This document shows positions 55,083-64,000 of a stretch of DNA of 64,000 bases, piece by piece. The position numbers and the translations under genes were made by a program. This DNA is from a virus. Numbering within the stretch: position 1 is the first letter of the stretch; each line of letters begins with the position of its first letter. Location of the stretch: positions 41,757 through 105,756 of IMG/VR virus record IMGVR_UViG_3300037011_001068; one strand, written 5' to 3'. The notes beneath the pieces are model-generated. The model did not search any database. It was not told where the DNA came from and was given only the letters and a program-made list of their open reading frames with translations.

Positions 55083-55391
55083 ATGAGCATAATGGAATCC
55101 CGAGGTGGCATTCCAGTCGTTTTTCGCGGAGCCATCGATACTAGCGGGAGGTATCACCCTTTTCCCACGGCGTGTAAATACCTTGTCATTCGAGCAGCCA
55201 CAAATCCCTGCAAGATTTATTTCTCGAAAGAGGATTTCGATCGAAACGAAAATTACATTTTGGTTCCTGTTCCGGCGACGACAACCCCGCATGGGGAGTG
55301 GCAAGGGCCCGTGGAAGCCAATGGGATCTGGCTTCAAGGATTAGGCGGAAGCTCCTCCATTGAGCTCGTGACCTTTCAGCGCAGAGCGTAA
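55083..55391 (+). CDS. hypothetical structural protein
   Basis: AGGAGG RBS. Confidence 0.65.
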   Translation: MSIMESRGGIPVVFRGAIDTSGRYHPFPTACKYLVIRAATNPCKIYFSKEDFDRNENYILVPVPATTTPHGEWQGPVEANGIWLQGLGGSSSIELVTFQRRA

Positions 55392-55409
55392 ATCTAGATC
55401 GGAGGGATC

Positions 55410-56012
55410 GTGGCTCCGCGGCAACTTGTGAGGCTCCGGGAGTCGCGGAAAAGCGATTCCTTTGATGATCAGAAGAGCCCTGCTCAAATCCTCACAGCGG
55501 AAAATGCCGCTATCACCCACCAGGATTTTCTGGATTATCTGCTTTCACAGTTACGGCAAATCCTCGGTACCGCCAAGTGGAGTCATGCTGTACCGGAATC
55601 TTTGGAGAGCTTGTCCAGAAAATTGCATTTTCAGCACGTATTTCCAGCTAATTGCTTGCCTACCGACATGGTAGGGGATTGCGTCTATGTGCGAGAAAAC
55701 CCCATAGATGGCTTCTTTCAAGTTACGAAAGGGGATCCTCTAAGTTTGTCAAAAATGCCGATCGTGGGTATCATCAAGGAAAAGAGTACGACCACTATTT
55801 GTGATGTGCAGTTCAGCGGCGTTTTTGAAGGCATCTATGGAGGTATGATGGCCGGAAGATCCGTATTTGTTGGGTTAGATGGGGAATTGACACACATTCC
55901 CCCAGCGCCCCCTTTGGGGGGTTTCGTTTTTTGGCAGGTTGTTGGCTCAGCTCTCGGTGATGAAGAAATTATTCTTACGCCTGGTGTTAGCATGATCCAG
56001 AAAATAGGTTGA
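55410..56012 (+). CDS. decoration/cement-like protein
   Basis: VGDCVYV..IVGII..VFVG..G.LT..PP resembles C-terminus of 56517-58250. Confidence 0.6.
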   Translation: MAPRQLVRLRESRKSDSFDDQKSPAQILTAENAAITHQDFLDYLLSQLRQILGTAKWSHAVPESLESLSRKLHFQHVFPANCLPTDMVGDCVYVRENPIDGFFQVTKGDPLSLSKMPIVGIIKEKSTTTICDVQFSGVFEGIYGGMMAGRSVFVGLDGELTHIPPAPPLGGFVFWQVVGSALGDEEIILTPGVSMIQKIG

Positions 56013-56023
56013 AGGAGTGGCGC

Positions 56024-56482
56024 ATGAAACGAAAACCGAAAACAGCTCCGAAGCAAGAAGCTGAAAAAAATGTGGATGGGAATTTGGAGGTTCCAATTCC
56101 TGAATCTGGTGCGTTGGAGGGCTTGCCAGATCCAGCAATTCCCGCGGGGGCTCCTGAAGGAATGCCGCATGCGGAAGGGGGCATCCTCGATCCTTTGCTG
56201 GTGACTCGGTTGGCACTTCTCCAGGAACGTATTGTGCGTTTAAACGCACAAAATACAGGCTACAATTTACTTTTTGAAGCTAAGAGAAAGGAGCTCGAGG
56301 AGGCTCGAAATACCACGATGACTCAGATCAAACGGGATCTGGTGATCGCAGAGGGGGAGTATCGAGAAATTCAAAGGCAAATCGAAAAAAAGCATCAGAT
56401 CAATTTGAAGGATTTCACCTTTGATGCGGATACCGGGCGGTTAAATCGCGTTGTGGAAGTAAAACCCGAGGAGTCTTCTTAA
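56024..56482 (+). CDS. coiled-coil protein (possible fibre chaperone)
   Basis: AAGGAG RBS; long helix. Confidence 0.6.
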   Translation: MKRKPKTAPKQEAEKNVDGNLEVPIPESGALEGLPDPAIPAGAPEGMPHAEGGILDPLLVTRLALLQERIVRLNAQNTGYNLLFEAKRKELEEARNTTMTQIKRDLVIAEGEYREIQRQIEKKHQINLKDFTFDADTGRLNRVVEVKPEESS

Positions 56483-56516
56483 TTAACGGTCCTTCACGGA
56501 CCAGCAAGGAGCTGAC

Positions 56517-58250
56517 ATGGCCAACCTAAAAGTCCTGTTTCTCCACGATGAAGGGTTTCCGGCGGAAGTGAATCCGCTAGGTGCGGATAGGCTCACGCTT
56601 CCGGAGCTTCTCATCAATGGTCCGGTGGATCTGGATTCGCACGAAATTCTCAACGTATCCACGCCTTCGGAGTCCGGTTCGGCAGCCAACAAAGGCTATG
56701 TGGATGCGGTGGCGTCCGGTCTCAATCCGCATGAATCGGTTGTGGTGAAAACCGCACATAAGCTCGGTACGCAAGCGCTCCTGGTTGGCGTGGGCGGTTC
56801 TTGGACGGGCGCACTCACCACGAGCGATAAATTCGATGTCTCGGTGGATGGGGAGACAGCGGTCACTATCACGTTGGCTTCTGCTCCGTCTAATCGTGCA
56901 GCGACCATCACCGCGATCAACACCCTCTATACAGCAGGTGGCGGTACAGGGGGAACAATCGCTTACGCTGGATTAGCTGGGCAGATCGACCTCCGAAGCC
57001 CGACGTGGGGCAGTGGTGGATCGGTTGCGGTGACCAATCGTGATGCGGTGTGGGGATCGGAAGTGGGCATCACGCAGGCCAGCGCGGCAGGATTGGATTT
57101 CACGGCAGCGGGAGGCCCTGGACCTGGGAAGACCCTCACGGCACCCTCCACGGCAACCATTTTCAATACCCTTGATGGTGTAACCCTTGCAGTGGACGAT
57201 CGCGTGCTCGTGTCGATGGAAGGTGGAGACGACATCACCGCGGATGTGGATAACGGTGTCTACAAGGTGACCGCCATTGGAAATGGATCGAGCACGTCTT
57301 TCACTTTGGAACGTGCGGCGGATGCAGATCAGGGCGTTGCCGGGGAGCTCATCAAAGGCTTGTACGTCTTCGCGACAGGCGGGACGCTCAGCATCAATAC
57401 CGGCTGGACCATGATCACTGCCGGTGCGATTAGCCCGGATGTGACCCCAATCAAATTCTCACAGTTTTCTGGAGCGCCTGGCTACACCTACGATCGCGGT
57501 CTCGTTGTGGACGTGACCTCGGTCAACGTGGAGCTCGACAACGCGGCGGATGCTCAGAGCGTGGGCCTTCCATCAGGCCCGGGCGTCAGGAAGTCCGGCT
57601 TGGAATTCGATGCGGATAGCGCGGCTGGTAAGCTCCGCGTGGCGGTGGCTGCGGCAGGCGGTATCCAGCGCAATCAATCGGCCGGTGGAATCGAAGTCAA
57701 ACTGGATGCCCCGGGAGGCGTGAACACCCTCAGTGCAAGCGCAACGGGTTTGAAAGTTATCGGTGTTCCCGTCCAATTTTACGTGGGGACTGTTCAGACC
57801 AACAACACCGTCACAGGAACCAATCTCAACACCCTCACAGGTGGGGGGGATGCTTCGCTCCTGCACACCCACGGGGGCGCAACAGAAGCCGAGAAGCTGG
57901 AGCATGACTTCACGGCTGACGGGATCATTGCGAAAGCAGATCCGGTCTACATCACAACGGCTGGCAAAGTGCAGAAAGCGCAAGCGAACACGGATGCCAA
58001 GGCCTTTGCGGTTGGCATTTGTTTGCTGGGAATCGCGGACACCGCTTCTGGACCCATCGTGATGGATGGCATCGCGGCGGGAATTTTTGCGTCAGATCAA
58101 ACAATCGGTACCCGGTATTTCATCGGCGCAACAGGCGGGCTCGTGACCACTCCCCCGTCGGGATCAGGGAATCACGTCATGCAGATGGGATTTGCATGCG
58201 CGATTCGAGATTTCCTCGTTCAGAAGCAGTATATGGGCAAAAAAGCATAG
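56517..58250 (+). CDS. head fibre/decoration protein
   Basis: AANKGYVD, LDGVTL..DRVLV..NGVY..RAADAD; Gly/Ala/Thr rich. Confidence 0.75.
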   Translation: MANLKVLFLHDEGFPAEVNPLGADRLTLPELLINGPVDLDSHEILNVSTPSESGSAANKGYVDAVASGLNPHESVVVKTAHKLGTQALLVGVGGSWTGALTTSDKFDVSVDGETAVTITLASAPSNRAATITAINTLYTAGGGTGGTIAYAGLAGQIDLRSPTWGSGGSVAVTNRDAVWGSEVGITQASAAGLDFTAAGGPGPGKTLTAPSTATIFNTLDGVTLAVDDRVLVSMEGGDDITADVDNGVYKVTAIGNGSSTSFTLERAADADQGVAGELIKGLYVFATGGTLSINTGWTMITAGAISPDVTPIKFSQFSGAPGYTYDRGLVVDVTSVNVELDNAADAQSVGLPSGPGVRKSGLEFDADSAAGKLRVAVAAAGGIQRNQSAGGIEVKLDAPGGVNTLSASATGLKVIGVPVQFYVGTVQTNNTVTGTNLNTLTGGGDASLLHTHGGATEAEKLEHDFTADGIIAKADPVYITTAGKVQKAQANTDAKAFAVGICLLGIADTASGPIVMDGIAAGIFASDQTIGTRYFIGATGGLVTTPPSGSGNHVMQMGFACAIRDFLVQKQYMGKKA

Positions 58251-58381
58251 CTCGTAATAAATTCTCCTTGACTGAGAATGATTATTTGGGTAGCGTTCTC
58301 ATTCTTAGGAGAAAATAATAGCTGGTCAGGGTGCGGCGTTCATGATTGAGGTCCAATGGGCGCCGCACCTTTTAGGATACC

Positions 58382-58714
58382 ATGGCAAAAGATCGTGTCC
58401 ATCCGTTGAAGCTTGAGGACGCCGAAACAGGCGGTACAGAGACAGATTTTGCTCCCACGGAGCTCGACAAGAACGAAGATTTTGTTGATGCCCATGGGAT
58501 TACGATTCAAAATATCATTTCTGATGATTCTGATGTTTACTTGACCCGTGATGCTGAAGATAGCATGGTCTTTGCAGATAAGGTTGTTGGGAGACCCTAT
58601 ACGCTCCAAGAGCTTACTTCAGGTGGATTCGCTATAGGGATTATGTTAATTACGACAGAGGGAGGCTTTGTATATGATTCAACCGGTAAATTTGTGGTGA
58701 AAGCGAGCGCATAA
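58382..58714 (+). CDS. hypothetical structural protein
   Basis: AGGA RBS. Confidence 0.65.
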   Translation: MAKDRVHPLKLEDAETGGTETDFAPTELDKNEDFVDAHGITIQNIISDDSDVYLTRDAEDSMVFADKVVGRPYTLQELTSGGFAIGIMLITTEGGFVYDSTGKFVVKASA

Positions 58715-59599
58715 ATGGCTACCTCTTTACATAAAAATCTAGGAATCGCCGAGGTTCATTGCCCTATCAGCTTTGAGTACGCGGATCAAACTGCTCGTGA
58801 AAATGCCTCTGGATTGACTTCGGACGATTTAAGAAAATTTGCTAGACAGCTCGACAACAATTCAATTTGGATGCTTATAGCAATTACGCCAACCTGGGTG
58901 TCTATATTGGGTGCTGTCACGAATGATGCACAATTGAAGAGAGCTGCGGGGGACATTGCTTCTTTTACTGAAAAAACAACACCGGTCGCGAACGATCTTC
59001 TTCTGATAGAAGATAGCGCCGATAGTGGAAATAAAAAGAAGTTGAAGATAGTAAATCTTCCTAGTGGTGTCGATACGACAGCTATACATAAAGTCATCGC
59101 AGGAGAAATCGCAGCAATGACGGAGAAAGTCTCTCCAGTTACCTCAGATTTTTTGATTATTGAGGATAGCTCTGATGCAAATAGCAAGAAAAAAGTGCAA
59201 ATCGGAAATTTGCCGTTGACAGCTTTTGGGCAGAGTTATCAGTATGTGGCTGCAGAAGCACGGTCAACCACAACTTCTGATGTTTTTCAGACTAAAGTAA
59301 CGTTGACCACTCCCGCCTTGACAGGTACTTTTCGAGTTAGTTGGAGTGCTGTTGTGGATCATGCTAACGCTTCATCTAGCTTAGAGGCGCAGTTATATAA
59401 CTCAACAGACGGGGTTATTATTGGGGCAATCTTAAATTATCGTTTGCAGATTAACTCAGAAATTCGAGTTGTGGGCGGTTTTGCAGATATCGTGTTCACG
59501 GGTGCTTCTAAGACGTTCCTTTTGCAGCATCGATCGGTGAATGGAACAGCGACTACTGGAATTCAAGCAGCCAAGATTGACTTGTGGAGGGTAGGATAA
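58715..59599 (+). CDS. fibre/spike-like protein with duplicated repeat
   Basis: AG.IA..TEK..PV..D.L.IEDS.D...KKK..I.NLP twice. Confidence 0.65.
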   Translation: MATSLHKNLGIAEVHCPISFEYADQTARENASGLTSDDLRKFARQLDNNSIWMLIAITPTWVSILGAVTNDAQLKRAAGDIASFTEKTTPVANDLLLIEDSADSGNKKKLKIVNLPSGVDTTAIHKVIAGEIAAMTEKVSPVTSDFLIIEDSSDANSKKKVQIGNLPLTAFGQSYQYVAAEARSTTTSDVFQTKVTLTTPALTGTFRVSWSAVVDHANASSSLEAQLYNSTDGVIIGAILNYRLQINSEIRVVGGFADIVFTGASKTFLLQHRSVNGTATTGIQAAKIDLWRVG

Positions 59600-60645
59600 T
59601 GTCTTTGACAAAGTATACATTTTCGATCAATGACGATTTTCTAAATCACGCGGTAGCTCCCGATCGATTGCTTCAAGAAATTCGAGCAAGTTCCATTGTT
59701 ACGTCACTTGATTGCATCAATACTGAGGGAGATTCTTGTGATATATGGTTCAAAGCTGAACTTTCGCCAACTGACAGTGGTCTACTAAACGGTCTTGTCG
59801 CAGTGCACTCCGGAGAGCCTCTTGCTCCTGGACCGATAGAAATCAGTACGTCCGAAATGTTACCCGTACAAATCAAGGATCCCATTCCCCCTGGCCGACG
59901 AGAGAATCACTACTCCCATAACTTCTGCAAGAAAGAGACATGGTGGCAGGATTCTGAGCGCACAGTAAATGAAGTGCTCACAGACAATGGAGACCACAAA
60001 ACCTTTCATCCAGCAATTGCTCGGCATTGGATTGACGTGACGCATGGGAAGATTTTTTCAGAGCAGAGTATTCAGAGCACGTATCAACCTGTGGTCAAGG
60101 TGGATGGGGAGGTAGTGGCGGAGCATTCTCCTGGTACGACGGATGGAGATTACGCTATTGACTACACCACCGGATCGGTGACGTTCATTTCAGAGCAAAT
60201 GGGCGTAGTGACAGCGAGCTACAGTTTTGCGCGTTCTAGCTTATTTAAAGTGCAGCATTCGGAAGGAGCGTGCGTTCGAGTGGCCTACGTCGAAGTGACT
60301 TTTTCAAAAGACATAGGCTTAAAAGATAATGTCTGGTTTCAACTTTGGGGAAACATTGGCGCGGGCATGCAAGCGCTTTCTAATCCAGAAATTTACCGGA
60401 CGTGGGATGATTTTGTTCGAGATTCCATGGGAGGCGTGATGGAAGTTCCATGTCCTACCGGAACGGGGGAAGCTTGGCGCATGACAGCAATTCCTCGGTA
60501 CAAGCTTCGGTTCGACTATCGAGATCTTGCGGGGATTGATTTAGATCCGGATTTATCTCTAGAAATTCGGATGTGGCTAGAGCACGATACTCCCATAGAA
60601 GGAGAGCTCGCGCATGCTACCATTTTCGCTAGAAAGGAGATTTAA
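59599..60645 (+). CDS. hypothetical virion protein
   Basis: DYAIDYTTGSVTF motif. Confidence 0.65.
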   Translation: MSLTKYTFSINDDFLNHAVAPDRLLQEIRASSIVTSLDCINTEGDSCDIWFKAELSPTDSGLLNGLVAVHSGEPLAPGPIEISTSEMLPVQIKDPIPPGRRENHYSHNFCKKETWWQDSERTVNEVLTDNGDHKTFHPAIARHWIDVTHGKIFSEQSIQSTYQPVVKVDGEVVAEHSPGTTDGDYAIDYTTGSVTFISEQMGVVTASYSFARSSLFKVQHSEGACVRVAYVEVTFSKDIGLKDNVWFQLWGNIGAGMQALSNPEIYRTWDDFVRDSMGGVMEVPCPTGTGEAWRMTAIPRYKLRFDYRDLAGIDLDPDLSLEIRMWLEHDTPIEGELAHATIFARKEI

Positions 60646-60647
60646 AT

Positions 60648-61139
60648 ATGATCAATATCTGCTATGTGTACGAGAGTGATCCTAGCTGGGCTGGTCGAAT
60701 CATTCGATGGTTTACAAATGGAAAATTTTCGCATGTTGCGATTTGCTATGAGTCGTCAGACTGGAAAGACGTTTGGGTCGTGGAGGCAGTATTAAAAGGG
60801 GTATTAGCAAGACCCGTTCGCAATCGAAAATGGGCAGCGATCGTGAGAGCCAAGTATGATGCAGCTCCTTATGTTCGATCGGCAGAAAAATTCATTGGTG
60901 AAAAATATGACATTCCAAGCCTCCTTATTTTTGGGTGGCTTATTCTTGCATGGCGCTGGTTTCGGCTCAAAGTACGTAGGCCCCATCGTCCTGGGAATAG
61001 CCAATTCTGCTCCGAGCTCGCGGCACACACCATTCTCCCAGTTTTGGGGTATGTGATTCCAGATCCGCAGTGGGTGGATCCAGATCAGCTTTACGCTTTG
61101 CAAAAAGCGTATCCGGAATTTTTCGAGGTGGACATTTAG
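60648..61139 (+). CDS. permuted papain-like (YiiX/YebB, NlpC/P60) enzyme
   Basis: IRWFT..FSHVAI, GEKYD, FCSEL. Confidence 0.78.
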   Translation: MINICYVYESDPSWAGRIIRWFTNGKFSHVAICYESSDWKDVWVVEAVLKGVLARPVRNRKWAAIVRAKYDAAPYVRSAEKFIGEKYDIPSLLIFGWLILAWRWFRLKVRRPHRPGNSQFCSELAAHTILPVLGYVIPDPQWVDPDQLYALQKAYPEFFEVDI

Positions 61140-61149
61140 GAGGTATCGC

Positions 61150-61581
61150 ATGGAAGGTTGGATGAAATTGCCCGCAGAGGTGACTTTTTTCGTTGTATTG
61201 TTCCTCGGCTCTGCTCTTCTGTTTTTCTTGCGTATCTGGATTTCTGAACGGCGACGAGAGGAGCGATCTATCAGGGAAGAGGCAAGACAGTTAAATCAGC
61301 AAATTGCGAGTCGCATAGATCTTTTAGAGAAAAATTTGCATGCAATCGAGAGTCAAATGAGCCTTCATAGTGATTCTTTGCGTGAAGGACGCTTTTCTTT
61401 TCAGTCCATACGAGACGATATAAAAGAGCGGGTTCCAGAGAAATTTTGCGTGGAGCGACACGATAAAACGGATCTCATCATCCAGCAAATACAGGAGCGT
61501 TTGGAGGCGGTTCGTTCAGAAATGAGCACCATGTTTCGTGAGCTCGGCGCCAAGGTAGATCGGATGATCGAGCGAGGCTAG
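61150..61581 (+). CDS. membrane-anchored coiled-coil protein (holin-like?)
   Basis: N-terminal TM helix then coiled coil. Confidence 0.55.
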   Translation: MEGWMKLPAEVTFFVVLFLGSALLFFLRIWISERRREERSIREEARQLNQQIASRIDLLEKNLHAIESQMSLHSDSLREGRFSFQSIRDDIKERVPEKFCVERHDKTDLIIQQIQERLEAVRSEMSTMFRELGAKVDRMIERG

Positions 61582-61582
61582 G

Positions 61583-61828
61583 ATGCCCGTGCAGCTACTC
61601 CATAATCAGGTGATCGAGCTTCTGGACCCCCTCCCGGATGGTGTGGTCCAAGAATTCAGTACATCCAGAAATTTTAAGCCAGGAACGGTCTCTGTTTGGC
61701 TGAACGGCATGCGGCTCATCCAAGAGTACGAGGATGGTTTTCTCGAAATTGGAAACCGGTACATCCGCTTGAAGGAGATTCCTCGCCCCGGGGATTGCCT
61801 CCAAGCGCAGTACGAGGCAGAGACGTGA
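61583..61828 (+). CDS. small structural protein
   Basis: DG...F..VWLNG..P..GD.LQ..Y, similar to next gene. Confidence 0.65.
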   Translation: MPVQLLHNQVIELLDPLPDGVVQEFSTSRNFKPGTVSVWLNGMRLIQEYEDGFLEIGNRYIRLKEIPRPGDCLQAQYEAET

Positions 61829-62265
61829 TTCTTTTAAAGGAGACCGCGGGGGACACCCTTCAAGGGGCCATAGACGGCTCTAATCGCATTTTCGTGACCT
61901 CCTTCGATGCTTCCCCTTTTACCGTTCAGGTGTTCCTCAATGGACTCTTGAAACCCCCTACGTGGGAGGATGGTTTCGACGTGCATCCTCCGCGCACCAT
62001 CATCATGAAGGAGCCCCCGCTTTTCGGGGATTCTCTTCAGGTGGAGTACCAGTCTGATGTGAGGACCGGGGGAGGTGCGGAGGGGGGATGTCCGGGCGTT
62101 CCCCAGGTGGAGGTCTACAAGGGGGATGTTCAAGCTGCGGAGGCTATTCCAGAGGAGCACACGGGGGAAATTGTTTCTTCGATTTCGATTTCTGGACAGC
62201 CGGACCTCCTGATCTTGGCGACCAACCTCCAACCTGCTATTCTAGAGGCAACAAAGGAAGACTAA
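61825..62265 (+). CDS. small structural protein
   Basis: GAIDGSNRIF..VFLNGL..PP..GDSLQVEY. Confidence 0.65.
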   Translation: MILLKETAGDTLQGAIDGSNRIFVTSFDASPFTVQVFLNGLLKPPTWEDGFDVHPPRTIIMKEPPLFGDSLQVEYQSDVRTGGGAEGGCPGVPQVEVYKGDVQAAEAIPEEHTGEIVSSISISGQPDLLILATNLQPAILEATKED

Positions 62266-62266
62266 C

Positions 62267-63289
62267 ATGGCGGTTATCAAGATCAAAGTGGTTGTATCGA
62301 CCCTTTCGGAAGTTCAAAAGCTTTTCGATCGGATCAAGATTTATCGCTCCACTACCGGGCTAACCGGGACCTTCACGGAAATCACGGAGCCTGCCGATCG
62401 CATGGTTTTGGAGACCGGGAAAATCGTTTACGAGTTTTCGGATTTGACGGGGGCTACCGGATATTTCTACAAGTCCAGCTATTTTCATTCTGTCTCCTTG
62501 CTCGAGTCCTCCCTCTCTGAAGCGCAGCAAGGGGAAGGTGATTCGGCGCTGGACATTATCTCGGTGGACGAGCTCAAGAATTTTTACCTGCTTGGCATAG
62601 ATCTCACCATAGATAATGGTGAGGCTTTTCCCGAATCGATGTACGAATGGTACATCAAGGCCGCCGTCTCCTGGGTGGAGAGGCGGCTCGACATCCCGAT
62701 TAGACCGAAATCGATTGAAGCCGAGGAGAGCGATTTTTACCGTGAAGATTTCATCAAATTCATGTTCCTCACCCTGAAGGAATACCCCGTTATCGATGTG
62801 GAGCAAGTGCAGCTCGTGTTACCAGGGAATAATGTCATTCAGACTTTCGATCGGGAGTGGCTGTACCTCGACAAGGATGGGGGCCAGGTGTCGATTGTTC
62901 CCCCTTCGGCAAATGCCGGCGTGCTCGTTCTTGGACTCGCGGGCTTCTGGCCTCCAGCACTCATGTGGACCCAAAGATTTATCCCGAATGCGTTTCGGAC
63001 CAAGTATACCGCCGGGTTTGAAGCGGGAAAAGTACCGGAAGGCATCAAGCATATCGTCGGGATGGTAGCTGCCATGGGTCCGCTGAACATCGCTGGTGAC
63101 CTCCTGGTGGGTGCTGGCATTGCCGCGCAAAGCCTCTCGATAGATGGTCTGTCTCAGAGCATTTCCACCACGAGCTCGGCGACGAATGCAGGGTACGGAG
63201 CAAGAATTATCGAGTATCAAAAAGAGATAAAGGACATGATTCCCACTTTGACACGTTACTATAAGGCCAAAAGAATGGCGGTGGTCTAG
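62267..63289 (+). CDS. head-tail adaptor (neck) protein
   Basis: ELK.FYL.GIDL, YTAGF, SLSIDGLSQS..TTSSA...GYGARI. Confidence 0.78.
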   Translation: MAVIKIKVVVSTLSEVQKLFDRIKIYRSTTGLTGTFTEITEPADRMVLETGKIVYEFSDLTGATGYFYKSSYFHSVSLLESSLSEAQQGEGDSALDIISVDELKNFYLLGIDLTIDNGEAFPESMYEWYIKAAVSWVERRLDIPIRPKSIEAEESDFYREDFIKFMFLTLKEYPVIDVEQVQLVLPGNNVIQTFDREWLYLDKDGGQVSIVPPSANAGVLVLGLAGFWPPALMWTQRFIPNAFRTKYTAGFEAGKVPEGIKHIVGMVAAMGPLNIAGDLLVGAGIAAQSLSIDGLSQSISTTSSATNAGYGARIIEYQKEIKDMIPTLTRYYKAKRMAVV

Positions 63290-63292
63290 ACC

Positions 63293-64000
63293 ATGACTAT
63301 GCCGACTCATCCAGCTTATCCGGAGTTTGGCCATCCTCAGATGAAGAAGTCGGGGAGGATTGATTTTCGCGTTCAGGAATACGATAAAGTCATCGAAAAT
63401 AAGGGTTACTTGCTGGCTTGGGAACGTGCTTCCATTTGTCCCTGCCGGCCTGTCTCCACTCAGACCGAGCAGCCAGATCCAAGTTGCCCTCTGTGCAAAG
63501 GAGGGGGCTGGTACTATTTTGGGGGGGACACCCCGACTGATCCAGAAAAAATTGGTGTTCTGGATGAAGTCCAGAAATTGCTCATTTCCCACAACAACGC
63601 CATGGTGATTCGTGGAGTTATCTCTTCTATCCAGGCCACTTTGAATCCCTGGGATAAGCTTGGAAATTGGATGGCTGGAACGATGCAGGTTACCGTGCGA
63701 GCGCATAACTACCTTGCGTACTACGACAAGCTCATCTCCTTGGATTCTGAAATCGTATATTCAGAGCTTGTGATCTACAAAGGAGGGAATGAGCTCACGC
63801 TTCGCTATCTCGCAACGGGGATTAATCAGATCCGGAGTCAGACGAAAGCTTTCATGCCGGATGCGGACTATTATCTAGATCAAGGCAAGGTGAAATTCTA
63901 TCCAGGAAAAGCGCCGGGAGTTAGCACACGCCTTGGAATCCATTATCTCTGCCATCCGACATGGCTTGTCGTGGAATACCCGCATTTGTTACGCGGAAAA
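63293..64000 (+). CDS. head completion/neck protein, truncated by window end
   Basis: WERASICPC..PDPSCPLCKGGGWYY; no stop seen before 64000. Confidence 0.7.
   Translation, partial: MTMPTHPAYPEFGHPQMKKSGRIDFRVQEYDKVIENKGYLLAWERASICPCRPVSTQTEQPDPSCPLCKGGGWYYFGGDTPTDPEKIGVLDEVQKLLISHNNAMVIRGVISSIQATLNPWDKLGNWMAGTMQVTVRAHNYLAYYDKLISLDSEIVYSELVIYKGGNELTLRYLATGINQIRSQTKAFMPDADYYLDQGKVKFYPGKAPGVSTRLGIHYLCHPTWLVVEYPHLLRGK

Larger units (their letters stand above)
812..63579 (+). repeat. dispersed strand-biased motif TCCAG(A/C)AATT
   Basis: at least 32 exact + strand copies counted by eye, about 2 on - strand. Confidence 0.9.

Noticed and set aside
1-64000. Genome-wide stop-codon reassignment
   Set aside because: Long core genes are uninterrupted in the standard code and end properly at TAG (terL) and TGA (portal, MCP); only a few accessory genes have internal stops.

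Overview
A 64-kb segment of a large tailed-phage genome, probably a myovirus with an SPO1/K/A511 (Herelleviridae)-type head module. The host cannot be determined from this window. Nearly all genes are on the + strand. Layout: (1) 1-8.1 kb: SbcD/SbcC nuclease, RuvC, sliding clamp and amidase endolysin. (2) 8.1-22.4 kb: accessory/early region behind sigma70-type promoters with palindromic operators. It holds an ADP-ribosylglycohydrolase, an Acb2/Tad1-like protein, an AcrVA2 homologue, a ParA plus ribbon-helix-helix (RHH) partition pair, a tRNA-like element and several broken genes. (3) 22.4-50 kb: intein-containing large terminase, portal and four giant polyvalent proteins (DUF5661/ddrB-ParB/LPD1; SNF2 helicase; MuF/inorganic pyrophosphatase/tRNA nucleotidyltransferase; HipA/PI3K-like kinase with an ART-like C-terminus). 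(4) 50-64 kb: prohead protease, scaffold, major capsid protein, decoration/fibre and neck genes. Best candidate for an undescribed system: the giant head-region proteins look like polyproteins. Predicted prohead-protease sites (hydrophobic-x-K|A/S/G) are followed by shared short tags (e.g. AGGPFIGPxGGxWADxEHxxHWDP) and then by unrelated enzymatic cargo domains, suggesting modular capsid-loaded effector delivery. Second signal: the 10-mer TCCAG(A/C)AATT occurs at least 32 times on + versus about 2 on -, in different reading frames and at gene junctions, and its core also forms the palindrome upstream of parA. All family assignments come from motif recognition by eye; no database search was run.
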